Shown here: positions 10,627 through 19,580 of the stretch, piece by piece | Layout of the letters: the number at the start of each line of letters is the position of its first letter | Position numbering within the stretch: position 1 is the first letter of the stretch | Sequence record: SRR31156797_1185 | Length of the DNA stretch: 38,225 nt | Reading direction: 5' to 3' (one strand) | Made by a program: the position numbers and the translations under genes | Notes under the pieces: model-generated | Told to the model about the DNA's origin: nothing | Databases searched by the model: none | The model's input: only the letters and a program-made list of their open reading frames with translations

Positions 10627-11976
10627 ATGACAGATATCAGACGTGAACAACAGCTTAATGAGGGTGTAACCTATTTCGGAGGGGCGGTAATCTATTGGAT
10701 GAGCCGTGACCAGCGTGTCCGCGATAACTGGGCGCTGTTGAAAGCGATCCAGCTTGCCGAGAGCAGACAGTCGTCAGTCGCCGTGGTTTTTTGCCTTACT
10801 CCCGATTATCCATCTGAACAGAAACAACATTTTCGTTTTATGACCGAAGGGCTTAGTGATGTTGATCACGAGCTTGAAAATCTGCGTATACCTTTCTTTA
10901 TGCTTAGCGGTGATCCTGTTGCGGAGCTTATTAAGTTTATCCGTCAGGTCGGCGCTGGTGCTGTTGTGACTGACTTCTCTCCGCTGAAATATCATCGTCA
11001 GCTTCGTGAAAAACTTGCTGAAAGTATTAGCATTCCGGTTATTGAGGTCGATGCACATAATATTGTCCCCTGCCGGATTGCAAGTCATAAGGTTGAGTTT
11101 GGTGCACGTACTATCCGCCCTAAAATAAACGGTATGCTCGATCAGTTTCTCGTGGAGTTTCCGGAACTTCGTAAGCAGAAATTCGAGTGGAAAGGGCATG
11201 TTGCCCACATCGACTGGGAGAGGATAATTAATTCATTTGGTGAGCCTAACAGTTTTTTCTACGCAGGTACAAAGCAGGCGGATGCCATGCTCATAAAATT
11301 TCTTACCGGCGGCATAAACGGCTATAGTAAAAAGAGAAACAATCCCACACTTGATAATATATCAAATCTTTCACCTTATCTGCATTTCGGCAATATCTCT
11401 GCCCAGAGGGTTGCTCTTGATGCTATGAACGCTTTTTGGGATAAGGAGGATATAGATTCCTTCCTTGAAGAGTTGATCATACGTAGAGAGCTTGCTGAAA
11501 ACTACTGTTGTTACAATGAAAATTACGACTCTGTTGAGGGTGCTCACGATTGGGCTAAGAAGACCATAGAGGAGCACAGAGGTGACGAACGTGAGTATAT
11601 TTACGGTTACGATCAGCTTGAGCAGGGCTTAACTCACGACGAGCTATGGAATGCAGCTCAGATGGAGATGGTTATCACAGGGAAGATGCACGGTTTTATG
11701 CGTATGTATTGGGCTAAGAAGATTCTTGAGTGGACTCCGGATGTTGAGACAGCCTTCGATACTGCGCTGACTCTGAATGATAAATACTCTCTGGATGGGC
11801 GTGACCCTAATGGTTATGTCGGTGTTGCCTGGTCTATATGTGGTGTGCACGACAGAGCCTGGCAGGAGAGACCGGTTTTCGGCAAGGTGCGCTATATGAG
11901 TTATAACGGGTGTAAGAGTAAGTTTAAGATCGCAGAGTATGTAAGGAAGATAGACGCACTAATAAAGCCCCGCTAA
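10627..11976 (+). CDS. phrB: Class II CPD photolyase
   Basis: YWMSRDQR-DNWAL, LSPYLHFG, GKMHGFMRMYWAKKILEW, DGRDPNG, HDRAW motifs. Confidence 0.95.
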   Translation: MTDIRREQQLNEGVTYFGGAVIYWMSRDQRVRDNWALLKAIQLAESRQSSVAVVFCLTPDYPSEQKQHFRFMTEGLSDVDHELENLRIPFFMLSGDPVAELIKFIRQVGAGAVVTDFSPLKYHRQLREKLAESISIPVIEVDAHNIVPCRIASHKVEFGARTIRPKINGMLDQFLVEFPELRKQKFEWKGHVAHIDWERIINSFGEPNSFFYAGTKQADAMLIKFLTGGINGYSKKRNNPTLDNISNLSPYLHFGNISAQRVALDAMNAFWDKEDIDSFLEELIIRRELAENYCCYNENYDSVEGAHDWAKKTIEEHRGDEREYIYGYDQLEQGLTHDELWNAAQMEMVITGKMHGFMRMYWAKKILEWTPDVETAFDTALTLNDKYSLDGRDPNGYVGVAWSICGVHDRAWQERPVFGKVRYMSYNGCKSKFKIAEYVRKIDALIKPR

Positions 11977-11990
11977 GGTTTGCAGGGCTT
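11965..11990. terminator. Hairpin between convergent genes
   Basis: AAGCCC...GGGCTT stem overlapping the phr stop. Confidence 0.45.
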
Positions 11991-11995
11991 AGTAA

Positions 11996-12547
11996 TTATA
12001 ATATAACCATCAAATAGATAATAGGAATTGCGAATCCAGTCACAGTGAGGATTACCCCTCGCCGCATAGTCTTTCTCCTGATCATAAACAATCCCGAAAT
12101 AGCGAGAAAACCGAGCAGGACAGCATAAGCATCAGCTATGTATGTCCACATCTTTTTAGGCTTGTTCAGGTGAAGATAGTTCAGCTCATAGAGCAGAAAC
12201 CGCTTAGTGACATTCTCCATCATCACGTGCCCCGTTGAAAGCTGAACATCGATAGTGTTACCCTCTACGAATATCCGCATCTCATCAGGTGCGATCATAG
12301 CTACATTTTTGAACTTTCTGTTTTCGTCAAGCTGACTTAGGATGCTCGAAACGAGCTCCATATCAGGCATGGTTCCTTCCGGTATAGGTTCAATCTGAGA
12401 CTTCATCTTAACTATTTTATAGCTGGGGTTAAAATCGTGTGAAATGTGGTTTACCACAACCCCGCTGATGGCGTATAAAAGTGTCAAGCCGATACAGAGG
12501 AAGCCTATATCTCTATGAAGTATATAGTTAATTCTTTTCCAGCTCAT
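11996..12547 (-). CDS. PepSY-associated TM-helix membrane protein
   Basis: LHRDIG...YAISG..NH and LNYLH motifs; 3 TM. Confidence 0.8.
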   Translation of the reverse strand: MSWKRINYILHRDIGFLCIGLTLLYAISGVVVNHISHDFNPSYKIVKMKSQIEPIPEGTMPDMELVSSILSQLDENRKFKNVAMIAPDEMRIFVEGNTIDVQLSTGHVMMENVTKRFLLYELNYLHLNKPKKMWTYIADAYAVLLGFLAISGLFMIRRKTMRRGVILTVTGFAIPIIYLMVIL

Positions 12548-12548
12548 G

Positions 12549-13007
12549 TTATTTTATCACAGCTCCGGTAGTGAAAATCTCATAAACTGTCATAGGTTTT
12601 TTTACTTTAGAAGGGTCGAATTTCTGCCCTTTCTCTTCCGCTTTGTGCTCGAGGTATTCTATAGTCTCTTCCATATCCATGTCGTATGCTTCGAAAACGC
12701 CCTCAGCCATTGCTGTGCGCCCTTTTGCGTGCATAGGAAAAACGATAACTCCGTCATCAACGGACGAAATTATATGCTGAAACGGCTTGTCACTTGCGAT
12801 AGCCATCCAGCAACCTCTGGCGGCACAAACATCAATAATCATACCTTCGATAAGGACTTTTTTCCCGTGATATTTGTCTTTGTTTGCAATTAGTTCTGAA
12901 ATCTTAGTCACTTCTGTCAGAGTGATTTTCTCACCTAGATACATAGGTTTTGCAAATGCGCATACAGCGATAAGGACTACCGCAATGCTTAGCAGGCACT
13001 TCTTCAT
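12549..13007 (-). CDS. Exported DUF4920-like protein
   Basis: Signal peptide; VCAARGCWM motif; ATG 13007 after GGAGG. Confidence 0.7.
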   Translation of the reverse strand: MKKCLLSIAVVLIAVCAFAKPMYLGEKITLTEVTKISELIANKDKYHGKKVLIEGMIIDVCAARGCWMAIASDKPFQHIISSVDDGVIVFPMHAKGRTAMAEGVFEAYDMDMEETIEYLEHKAEEKGQKFDPSKVKKPMTVYEIFTTGAVIK

Positions 13008-13083
13008 TTGTTCCTCCAATAAATTATGAAACGTGATTTTCTATATGTTTATTATATAATCTAACTAATTCTTTTTACAACAA

Positions 13084-13458
13084 TTAATGCTTCCTTTCCG
13101 GGACAATCTCAAGCCACCAGCCGTCAGGGTCGTTTATAAAGTATAGTCCCATCTTAACATTTTCGTAACAGATGCAGCCCATAGTTTTATGTTTTTCATA
13201 GTAAGCATCAAAATCGTCTACTCTGAAAGCCATATGGATTTCATTATCACCAAGGTTATACGGCTTATCCCTATCTCGGAGCCATGTGAGCTCAATCTCC
13301 ATGTCTGACTTGCCGTCTGTGAGGTATACGAGGATGAATTTCCCTTCCTCCTGCTCATATCTTCTCTTCTCTTTTAACCCAAGAGCTTCTTCGTAAAATT
13401 TAAGGCTTTTTTCAAGGTCGAACACATTAATATTCGTGTGTATGTATCTTGCTGACAT
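13084..13458 (-). CDS. gloA: Lactoylglutathione lyase (glyoxalase I, VOC family)
   Basis: HTNINVFDLEKSLKFY, ELT, HMAF, DPDG..E; start ATG 13458 after GAGGTG. Confidence 0.88.
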   Translation of the reverse strand: MSARYIHTNINVFDLEKSLKFYEEALGLKEKRRYEQEEGKFILVYLTDGKSDMEIELTWLRDRDKPYNLGDNEIHMAFRVDDFDAYYEKHKTMGCICYENVKMGLYFINDPDGWWLEIVPERKH

Positions 13459-13534
13459 TTTGTCACCTCTTAAAACATGTTGACTAGTTTTATTACTAGC
13501 ACTATTTTCATTAAATATAGCATAGGAGATTATA

Positions 13535-13981
13535 ATGCGAACAATTTTATTTTTATTAGCGTTCCTTGTTTCGTTTTCCGCATTTGCATCAGAGAGTAAG
13601 CATCCGGTAATAGGCAATACTGATCTGATGAACATAATAAAAGCACACGACGGAAAGTCTATGGTTGTCATGTGGGCGCCTTGGTGTCCGTTCTGTATTC
13701 GTGAGCTTAAAATTCTGAGGGATAACCCTGATTTTGCCAAAATTAATAACCTTCAGATAATTGGTCTGAACAAAAATTCTGACAGGCGTACATCTATTAA
13801 GTTTGCTGCGAAAGAGAAGATGAATTTTAAATTTTACACTGCTAGCAACGAGATTTATAAGAAGTACCAGAGGATAGATGCTGTTCCGTTCACTATAGTG
13901 TTCAGCAACAAAGGGGAAATTCTCGACTCTGAGTATGGTAAACAGGATATAGAAGACCTTGCATTAATGCTTGAAGACTAA
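13535..13981 (+). CDS. Exported TlpA/thioredoxin-like disulfide reductase
   Basis: Signal peptide; WAPWCPFC motif; cis-Pro AVP. Confidence 0.85.
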   Translation: MRTILFLLAFLVSFSAFASESKHPVIGNTDLMNIIKAHDGKSMVVMWAPWCPFCIRELKILRDNPDFAKINNLQIIGLNKNSDRRTSIKFAAKEKMNFKFYTASNEIYKKYQRIDAVPFTIVFSNKGEILDSEYGKQDIEDLALMLED

Positions 13982-15174
13982 CTTACTCTTAGGTAAATAC
14001 ATTTGAGATACGCCCCTTCGGGAAAGCCTATGGGGTGGTCTGTTGCGTGTGTAGTTTTGTCTATAATCTCATATCTTCTGCCGGAGGACTTGACTGCGCT
14101 TATAACAGTTTCGTAAAATTCATCTTTATTTACACGTGCTGAGCATGATGCAGCTACAAGTATGCCGTTTTTTTCGAGTAGACTTGTCGCAAGTTTATTC
14201 AGTTTATAATATGCGCTCTTTGCACCTTGAACATCTGATTGCTTGCGTGCGAAAGATGGCGGATCGACGATAACCATTCCGTATTTCTTTTTCGCCGTAA
14301 TTAGCTTATCCATCTCAGCGAAAGCATCTCCGCATATCAGCTCATGTCTGCATTTGAAGTCGTTCAGCTTAAAATTATCTATACACTCATCAAGTGCAGG
14401 CTTTGAAATATCCAGACTTGCAACGTATTTAGCTCCGCCCTTTGCCGCATAAAGTGAAAAACCGCCTGTATATGCAAATACATTCAGAACATCAAGACCA
14501 TTTGAAAGCTTGCCAACCTCCGCTCTGTTTTCACGCTGGTCAAGGAAGAAGCCAGTCTTCTGCCCGGAGGCAGGGTCGGCGTAGAACTTTATGCCGTTTT
14601 CAAAGAAGGTGACACGTTTACTGATCTTGTTTCCAAAAATGACAGAACCGTCCGCTTTATCTGAAAATTCCTTTACCGATCTGCTCATACGCAAGATTAT
14701 GCGCTCAGGTTTGATTAGTTGTATAAATATATCTGTTAATGTGTTCAGATGTGGGAGCCAGCAGGCGGAATCTAGCTTAATTACTAATGTTCCATCGTAA
14801 ATATCAGCGACAACTCCTGCGAGCCTGTCATTTTCACCACTCACAAGCCTGTATCCTGTAGTGTGACCAGACTCAATTATCTCTCTGCGAAGTTCAATTA
14901 CCTCTGAAACCCTGTCTAGTAGCCATTCTTTGTTTAAGGTTACTGGTTTGCCAGAGTGGAGAACACGAACTTTTATAGGCGATTGAGCGTCGTAGAGACC
15001 TATTCCGGCGAATTTACGTTTGTTGTCGTAAAGGACTGCGATGTCGCCTGTGGACGCATCTTTATTGATTTTCGCAATTCCACTGTCGTAAAGCCACGGG
15101 TGTGCTTTTTTCACAGCTTTCATACCGGACGGCGTAAGCGTAATTGATACGGTGTTGTCAGTGATAGCATTCAT
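13978..15174 (-). CDS. RlmI-like class I SAM-dependent rRNA methyltransferase
   Basis: PUA-like HPWLY; GQKTGFFLDQRENR, FAYTGGF, DPPSF, SCS motifs. Confidence 0.9.
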   Translation of the reverse strand: MNAITDNTVSITLTPSGMKAVKKAHPWLYDSGIAKINKDASTGDIAVLYDNKRKFAGIGLYDAQSPIKVRVLHSGKPVTLNKEWLLDRVSEVIELRREIIESGHTTGYRLVSGENDRLAGVVADIYDGTLVIKLDSACWLPHLNTLTDIFIQLIKPERIILRMSRSVKEFSDKADGSVIFGNKISKRVTFFENGIKFYADPASGQKTGFFLDQRENRAEVGKLSNGLDVLNVFAYTGGFSLYAAKGGAKYVASLDISKPALDECIDNFKLNDFKCRHELICGDAFAEMDKLITAKKKYGMVIVDPPSFARKQSDVQGAKSAYYKLNKLATSLLEKNGILVAASCSARVNKDEFYETVISAVKSSGRRYEIIDKTTHATDHPIGFPEGAYLKCIYLRVS

Positions 15175-15212
15175 CTGATGATACTAAAGTTTTTTTAGCG
15201 ATCAGACAATAG

Positions 15213-15548
15213 CTATATGGCTACGTTAGCCATCCTCAGATTTTTTAATGTCTCTGTAACCACCAGAGCGGTCTTAGCCATGGACACCATCTGTGCCAGC
15301 TCGAACTCAGGCGTGATACATACAGGGATGTCATCATGCAGGCTGATGAAAACCCATATGGAGGCATCTTCGTCAGAAGGCTTAGCTGTATATGAAGCCA
15401 TTCCGTCGTTAGATGTCTGCTGGTCGTACCTCAGAGACTGTAGTCTGTATAGATAGCCGAAAGCCAGATTGAGCTCTTCGTCCGTAAAAGATGACGTGTG
15501 AGAAACTTCTGCACCGCCAATGGTTGTATTTCTAAGTTCTTTTGTCAT
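15213..15548 (-). CDS. Hypothetical protein
   Basis: 111-aa ATG ORF filling the gap between genes; no recognisable motif. Confidence 0.6.
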   Translation of the reverse strand: MTKELRNTTIGGAEVSHTSSFTDEELNLAFGYLYRLQSLRYDQQTSNDGMASYTAKPSDEDASIWVFISLHDDIPVCITPEFELAQMVSMAKTALVVTETLKNLRMANVAI

Positions 15549-15611
15549 ATAATGAATATCGGTGAATTTTTATATATATTGAGCAGAGAAATGTTAGCGG
15601 GGTGTTAAATC

Positions 15612-16139
15612 TTGAAGATATTAGTAATTTATGCAAGCAGATACGGTGCAACCAAGGAAGTTTCAGAGCTTTTAGCGATTGATTTAAAATTAAAAGGTTG
15701 CGATGCAGAGGCGGTTAATGTCTCTGATGCGAAACTGTCAGGTGCGGATGTCTACCTGCTCGGTTCCGGCATTTATGCGAATAAATTTCTTCCAGAGATG
15801 GAAGAGTTTATCAACGTTAATAAGGAAGAGTTTGGTGGAGTAAATGTTGGCTTGTTCGCCACAGCGATGCGCACTGAGCCGTCATTGAGACAAGGTAAGA
15901 TGAGTGGTGGAGTATACCTTTTTGATAAGTATCCAGTTGACCCTTTTATCAGAAAGATGCTTCACGGTCGCATCGATTTTTCTCTTCTGAATGATGATGA
16001 CAGGATCGGGCTTGAGCGTTTTTATAATACTATCGGTCTAACCGAGGATCAGAAAGCTGAAAGACGCAAGCTGCGTGATGAGATATCTGAGGAAGAGTGT
16101 AATCTTTTTGCTGACGAGATATTATCAGTGCTGAAATAA
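15612..16139 (+). CDS. Flavodoxin-domain protein (HemG-like family)
   Basis: MKILVIYASRYGATKE FMN loop; LGSGIY. Confidence 0.8.
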   Translation: MKILVIYASRYGATKEVSELLAIDLKLKGCDAEAVNVSDAKLSGADVYLLGSGIYANKFLPEMEEFINVNKEEFGGVNVGLFATAMRTEPSLRQGKMSGGVYLFDKYPVDPFIRKMLHGRIDFSLLNDDDRIGLERFYNTIGLTEDQKAERRKLRDEISEEECNLFADEILSVLK

Positions 16140-16140
16140 A

Positions 16141-16165
16141 AAAGCCCCACCGGCTGGCAGGGCTT
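16141..16165. terminator. Probable terminator hairpin
   Basis: AAGCCC...GGGCTT stem preceded by an A-run. Confidence 0.5.
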
Positions 16166-16179
16166 GTGATTGTTAAATA

Positions 16180-16264
16180 GTCATCCTGAATGCTCAGAGT
16201 GATTGAATAATCTGATAGCCTTGATTAAGCACTGAGGTCAGATCCTTCGTAGGCTCAGGATAAC
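16180..16264. repeat. REP/MITE-like palindromic element (GTCATCCTGA...AATCTGA...TCAGATCCTTCG...TCAGGATAAC)
   Basis: Terminal inverted repeat 9/10; inner inverted repeat; relative at 5414-5494. Confidence 0.65.
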
Positions 16265-16276
16265 AGAAAGATTTTA

Positions 16277-16753
16277 CTACTTATTAGTAGCTTTGATGAT
16301 CTTCTGCTCTTCCGTAGGTCTGTCCATCATGTCTGTTTCAACCTGCTCGAGCTTAGTGATAACGTCCATACCTTCGACAACTTTTCCAAAGATGGTATGG
16401 TTGAAGTTGAGCCAGTCTGTTACAGCTGTTGTGATGAAAAACTGGCTTCCGTTTGTCTCAGGACCAGCGTTTGCCATAGCGAGAAGACCCGGTACATCGA
16501 AAACATAGTCGTCGTGGAATTCATCTTCGAATGTGTTTCCCCATATGGATTCTCCGCCCCTGCCAGTACCAGTAGGGTCGCCGCCCTGGATCATAAAACC
16601 TTCGATAATTCTGTGGAATATGAGTCCGTTATAATATCCATTCTCTACGTGAGTAGTGAAATTCTCAACTGCTTTCGGTGCAACATCAGGGAAAAGCTTG
16701 ATGGTTATCTCGCCCTGAGTTGTTTCAATAATTACAAATTTTTCGTCAGCCAT
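16277..16753 (-). CDS. Cyclophilin-type peptidyl-prolyl isomerase, cytoplasmic and acidic
   Basis: [32 protein letters not shown] motifs. Confidence 0.96.
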   Translation of the reverse strand: MADEKFVIIETTQGEITIKLFPDVAPKAVENFTTHVENGYYNGLIFHRIIEGFMIQGGDPTGTGRGGESIWGNTFEDEFHDDYVFDVPGLLAMANAGPETNGSQFFITTAVTDWLNFNHTIFGKVVEGMDVITKLEQVETDMMDRPTEEQKIIKATNK

Positions 16754-16764
16754 TTGTTTCTCCG

Positions 16765-17298
16765 TTATTTCTTAATATATGCTTTGATCAGTACCTGATC
16801 GTCGTGTGGTCTGTTTGCACGACCTGTTTTTACTTTTGATATGCGATCAACAACGTCATATCCGTCAACTACATAGCCGAATATTGTGTGTTTATAGTTG
16901 AGATGAGGCGTAGGTACAACAGTTATAAAAAACTGGCTTCCGTTTGTGTTCCTGCCTGAGTTAGCCATGGCGAGTATACCTGGTTTGTCAAACTTATAGT
17001 TCTGTCTGAATTCGTCCTCGAAAGGTCTGCCCCATATGGATTCTCCGCCCCTTCCAGTCTCAGTAGGATCACCGCCCTGAATCATAAAGTCTTTGATAAC
17101 TCTATGGAAAGCTATACCGTTGTAGTAGCCGTTTTTAACGTGAGTTTTGAAGTTTTCAACTGCTTTCGGTGCAACAAGAGGAAGGAGTTTTACGGTGAAT
17201 TTCCCCTGATTAGTTTTGAAAACCACCATGTCGTCCTTTGCGTATGCGCCGGCTGTGAGTAAAGTGAAAATTGCGATTAGTAGTAGGAATTTTTTCAT
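16765..17298 (-). CDS. Cyclophilin-type peptidyl-prolyl isomerase, exported and basic
   Basis: Same motifs plus signal peptide [20 protein letters not shown]. Confidence 0.96.
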   Translation of the reverse strand: MKKFLLLIAIFTLLTAGAYAKDDMVVFKTNQGKFTVKLLPLVAPKAVENFKTHVKNGYYNGIAFHRVIKDFMIQGGDPTETGRGGESIWGRPFEDEFRQNYKFDKPGILAMANSGRNTNGSQFFITVVPTPHLNYKHTIFGYVVDGYDVVDRISKVKTGRANRPHDDQVLIKAYIKK

Positions 17299-17380
17299 TA
17301 GTCCCCTCTGCTTATTTGATTAAATGGATTCTAGCTATTCTGAGCAGAAAATCCACCAAAAAATAAGCAGAAGGACTAAT
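17297..17380 (-). other. Long hairpin covering the cyclophilin SD and start codon
   Basis: ATTAGTCCCCTCTGCTTATTT 17297-17317 versus AAATAAGCAGAAGGACTAAT 17361-17380; inner TGGATT/AATCCA stem. Confidence 0.7.
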
Positions 17381-17412
17381 TTATCACTTGGGGGTGATTT
17401 TAACTGAGATAT

Positions 17413-19023
17413 TTATATCTTTTTAACTTCAATATTAAATTTCTTTATACGATAATTCATCTGGCGCACAGTCATGTTTAGCATGCGTGCTGCTTTCGCC
17501 TGAACCCAGCCAGCTTTTTCAAGTGCCTGAACAACCTTGTCTCTCTCGCTCATATTGCCCGAGATGAGTGTTTCATCAGTTTCATTCGGAGCTGTCTGTA
17601 CTGGAACCGGAGTTATCTCAGAGCCAACCCCTGAAAGCTGCCCTTCAAGAATATGCGACATACACATCTCGCCTCGCTGACAGGATATATCTTTTATTGT
17701 GATCTCACCATTACCAGCTGAGAAAGCTGAACGCTCCAGACAGTTCTCAAGCTCACGGATGTTACCAGGATAGTTACAGTTCATCAGAGCTTTAAGAGCG
17801 TCCTGAGATATGCCGAAATATTTATTATATCTTTCGCCTAGTTTTTTAAGTATGTGCAGTGCTATCTCCGGAATGTCCTCTTTCCTCTTACGCAGAGGGG
17901 GGAGGAATATAGCAAAAACATTAAGTCTGTAGTAGAGGTCTAGCCTGAATTCTCCTGACTGGACAGCTACTTCTAGATTTTTATTAGTCGCAGCTAAAAT
18001 GCGCACGTCCACCTGTACAGGCTTATTACCGCCGAGTTTTTCAACAACCTTGTCCTGTAATACACGGAGAAGCTTACTCTGTGCTTCCATAGGCATGTCG
18101 CCTATCTCATCGAGAAATATTGTTCCGCCGTCAGCCTGCTCAAATTTACCTTTCTTTTCACCCGCAGCACCAGTAAAGGCACCTTTCGAATAGCCAAAAA
18201 GTTCGCTTTCGATCAGCTCTCCCGGTATAGCGGCGCAGTTTACTGCTATGAAAGGCTTTTTGCGCCTGTCGCTGTTATAGTGAATGGTTTTGGCTACAAC
18301 CTCTTTACCCGTACCGCTTTCGCCTCTGATGAGGACAGCCGAGTCTGAAGCTGTGACCATCTGAATCTTTTCCATCACTTTGCTCATCAGTCTGCCGGAG
18401 CCTACAAGTCCTTCGAACTGATATTTTTTAGTTACTTCGCCCATCAGTTTCAGCTTTTCAGCTTCGATCTGGCTCTTTTCTTCCTGAATAGCTTTCATCT
18501 CGCTTTCAAAGAAGTGAACTTTATGTAGGAAAGAAGCCAAAAGGGTGGCGATCATCTTTAAAATGTCCACGTCAGTTGTAATGCTGAACATTTTAGAGAC
18601 GACCTTGTCCACCGCTAGGACTCCGTATGTTTGACCTTGGTGATTTATAGGAACAGCTAAGAAGCTCACCTCTTCGCCGTCTATATCTCTCCCCAGTCTA
18701 TTTAGGAAGAGAGGTTCTTTTTTTATGTCGGGTATCATTATCGGTATGCCGTGCTTAAAAACTTTACCCACGACCCCTTCGTCAGACTTATAACTCATGT
18801 TTTTGATAGGACCGTTACTGTTTTCCATCCCTATCGATGCCTCGACAACCAGCTTGCCTGTTACCTTGTCCTGCAAAAGTATAAGCCCACGCTCCATCGA
18901 GAGGGTGTCAGACATCTGCATGAGTGACCTGTACATAGCGTGCTGAAGCTTGTTAGAGCTGTTAAGGATGACGCTTATTTCATAAATTGTGTTTAGTGCC
19001 GTTTTATAATAATTCTCATTCAT
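17413..19023 (-). CDS. nifA: Nif-specific sigma54 activator NifA (GAF-AAA+-HTH)
   Basis: GAF domain; GESGTGKE, ESELFG, GAFTGA; NifA-type HTH GWVQAKAARMLNMTVRQ; adjacent to nif genes. Confidence 0.93.
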   Translation of the reverse strand: MNENYYKTALNTIYEISVILNSSNKLQHAMYRSLMQMSDTLSMERGLILLQDKVTGKLVVEASIGMENSNGPIKNMSYKSDEGVVGKVFKHGIPIMIPDIKKEPLFLNRLGRDIDGEEVSFLAVPINHQGQTYGVLAVDKVVSKMFSITTDVDILKMIATLLASFLHKVHFFESEMKAIQEEKSQIEAEKLKLMGEVTKKYQFEGLVGSGRLMSKVMEKIQMVTASDSAVLIRGESGTGKEVVAKTIHYNSDRRKKPFIAVNCAAIPGELIESELFGYSKGAFTGAAGEKKGKFEQADGGTIFLDEIGDMPMEAQSKLLRVLQDKVVEKLGGNKPVQVDVRILAATNKNLEVAVQSGEFRLDLYYRLNVFAIFLPPLRKRKEDIPEIALHILKKLGERYNKYFGISQDALKALMNCNYPGNIRELENCLERSAFSAGNGEITIKDISCQRGEMCMSHILEGQLSGVGSEITPVPVQTAPNETDETLISGNMSERDKVVQALEKAGWVQAKAARMLNMTVRQMNYRIKKFNIEVKKI

Positions 19024-19034
19024 GTTTTAATTAA

Positions 19035-19050
19035 AGCAATGTGCGTGCCA
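19035..19050 (-). promoter_or_regulatory. sigma54 -24/-12 promoter of nifA
   Basis: TGGCACGCACATTGCT (GG-N10-GC). Confidence 0.85.
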
Positions 19051-19178
19051 TATAGACATATGTCAGGAATCTATGTATTGCAGGCTTTTTAACATCATAT
19101 TTGTATATATCCGGTTAAGAATTCACCGATAGAGCCTATTTTTTAATCACTTGTAATTAACGTGAACTATGAATTTAA

Positions 19179-19216
19179 TGTAATCTTTTTAACATTGTAA
19201 TGTTCTGATGCTTACA
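19179..19216. promoter_or_regulatory. Two NifA UAS (TGT-N10-ACA), 22 bp apart
   Basis: TGTAATCTTTTTAACA 19179-19194 and TGTTCTGATGCTTACA 19201-19216. Confidence 0.75.
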
Positions 19217-19267
19217 TTACTAAAATGCTTATCTTGTAAATAGCTGATAATAAAGCTTATGTAGAAA

Positions 19268-19283
19268 CGGCACAAAGCTTGCT
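19268..19283 (+). promoter_or_regulatory. sigma54 promoter of fdxB-nifZ
   Basis: CGGCACAAAGCTTGCT (GG-N10-GC). Confidence 0.85.
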
Positions 19284-19316
19284 TTATACGAAATCAAAAA
19301 AGGAAGGAGTATTATT

Positions 19317-19580
19317 ATGGCTTTAGTTACAGGAACAAAGAAAAACGGATCATCATGGACACCACAGTTTGTTAGCAGTATTGATAAAACGGTCTGTATC
19401 GGTTGCGCACGATGTTTTAAATCATGTGCTTACGGATGCTTAGGACCTTATGAAATAGAGGAAGAGGACGATGCGAGAATGATCATGCAGGTTACAAACG
19501 ATGGAAATTGCATCGGTTGCCGTGCATGTTCGAAAGCTTGTCCTAAAGGATGTCTCACACACGAAACAATGGAGGCTTAG
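19317..19580 (+). CDS. fdxB: Nif-specific 2[4Fe-4S] ferredoxin III
   Basis: WTPQFV..ID...CIGCARC..SC and CIGCRAC...CP. Confidence 0.88.
   Translation: MALVTGTKKNGSSWTPQFVSSIDKTVCIGCARCFKSCAYGCLGPYEIEEEDDARMIMQVTNDGNCIGCRACSKACPKGCLTHETMEA

Noticed and set aside
13459-13740. N-terminal extension of the glyoxalase ORF (218 aa)
   Set aside because: Overlaps the divergent TlpA gene; a good SD precedes ATG 13458
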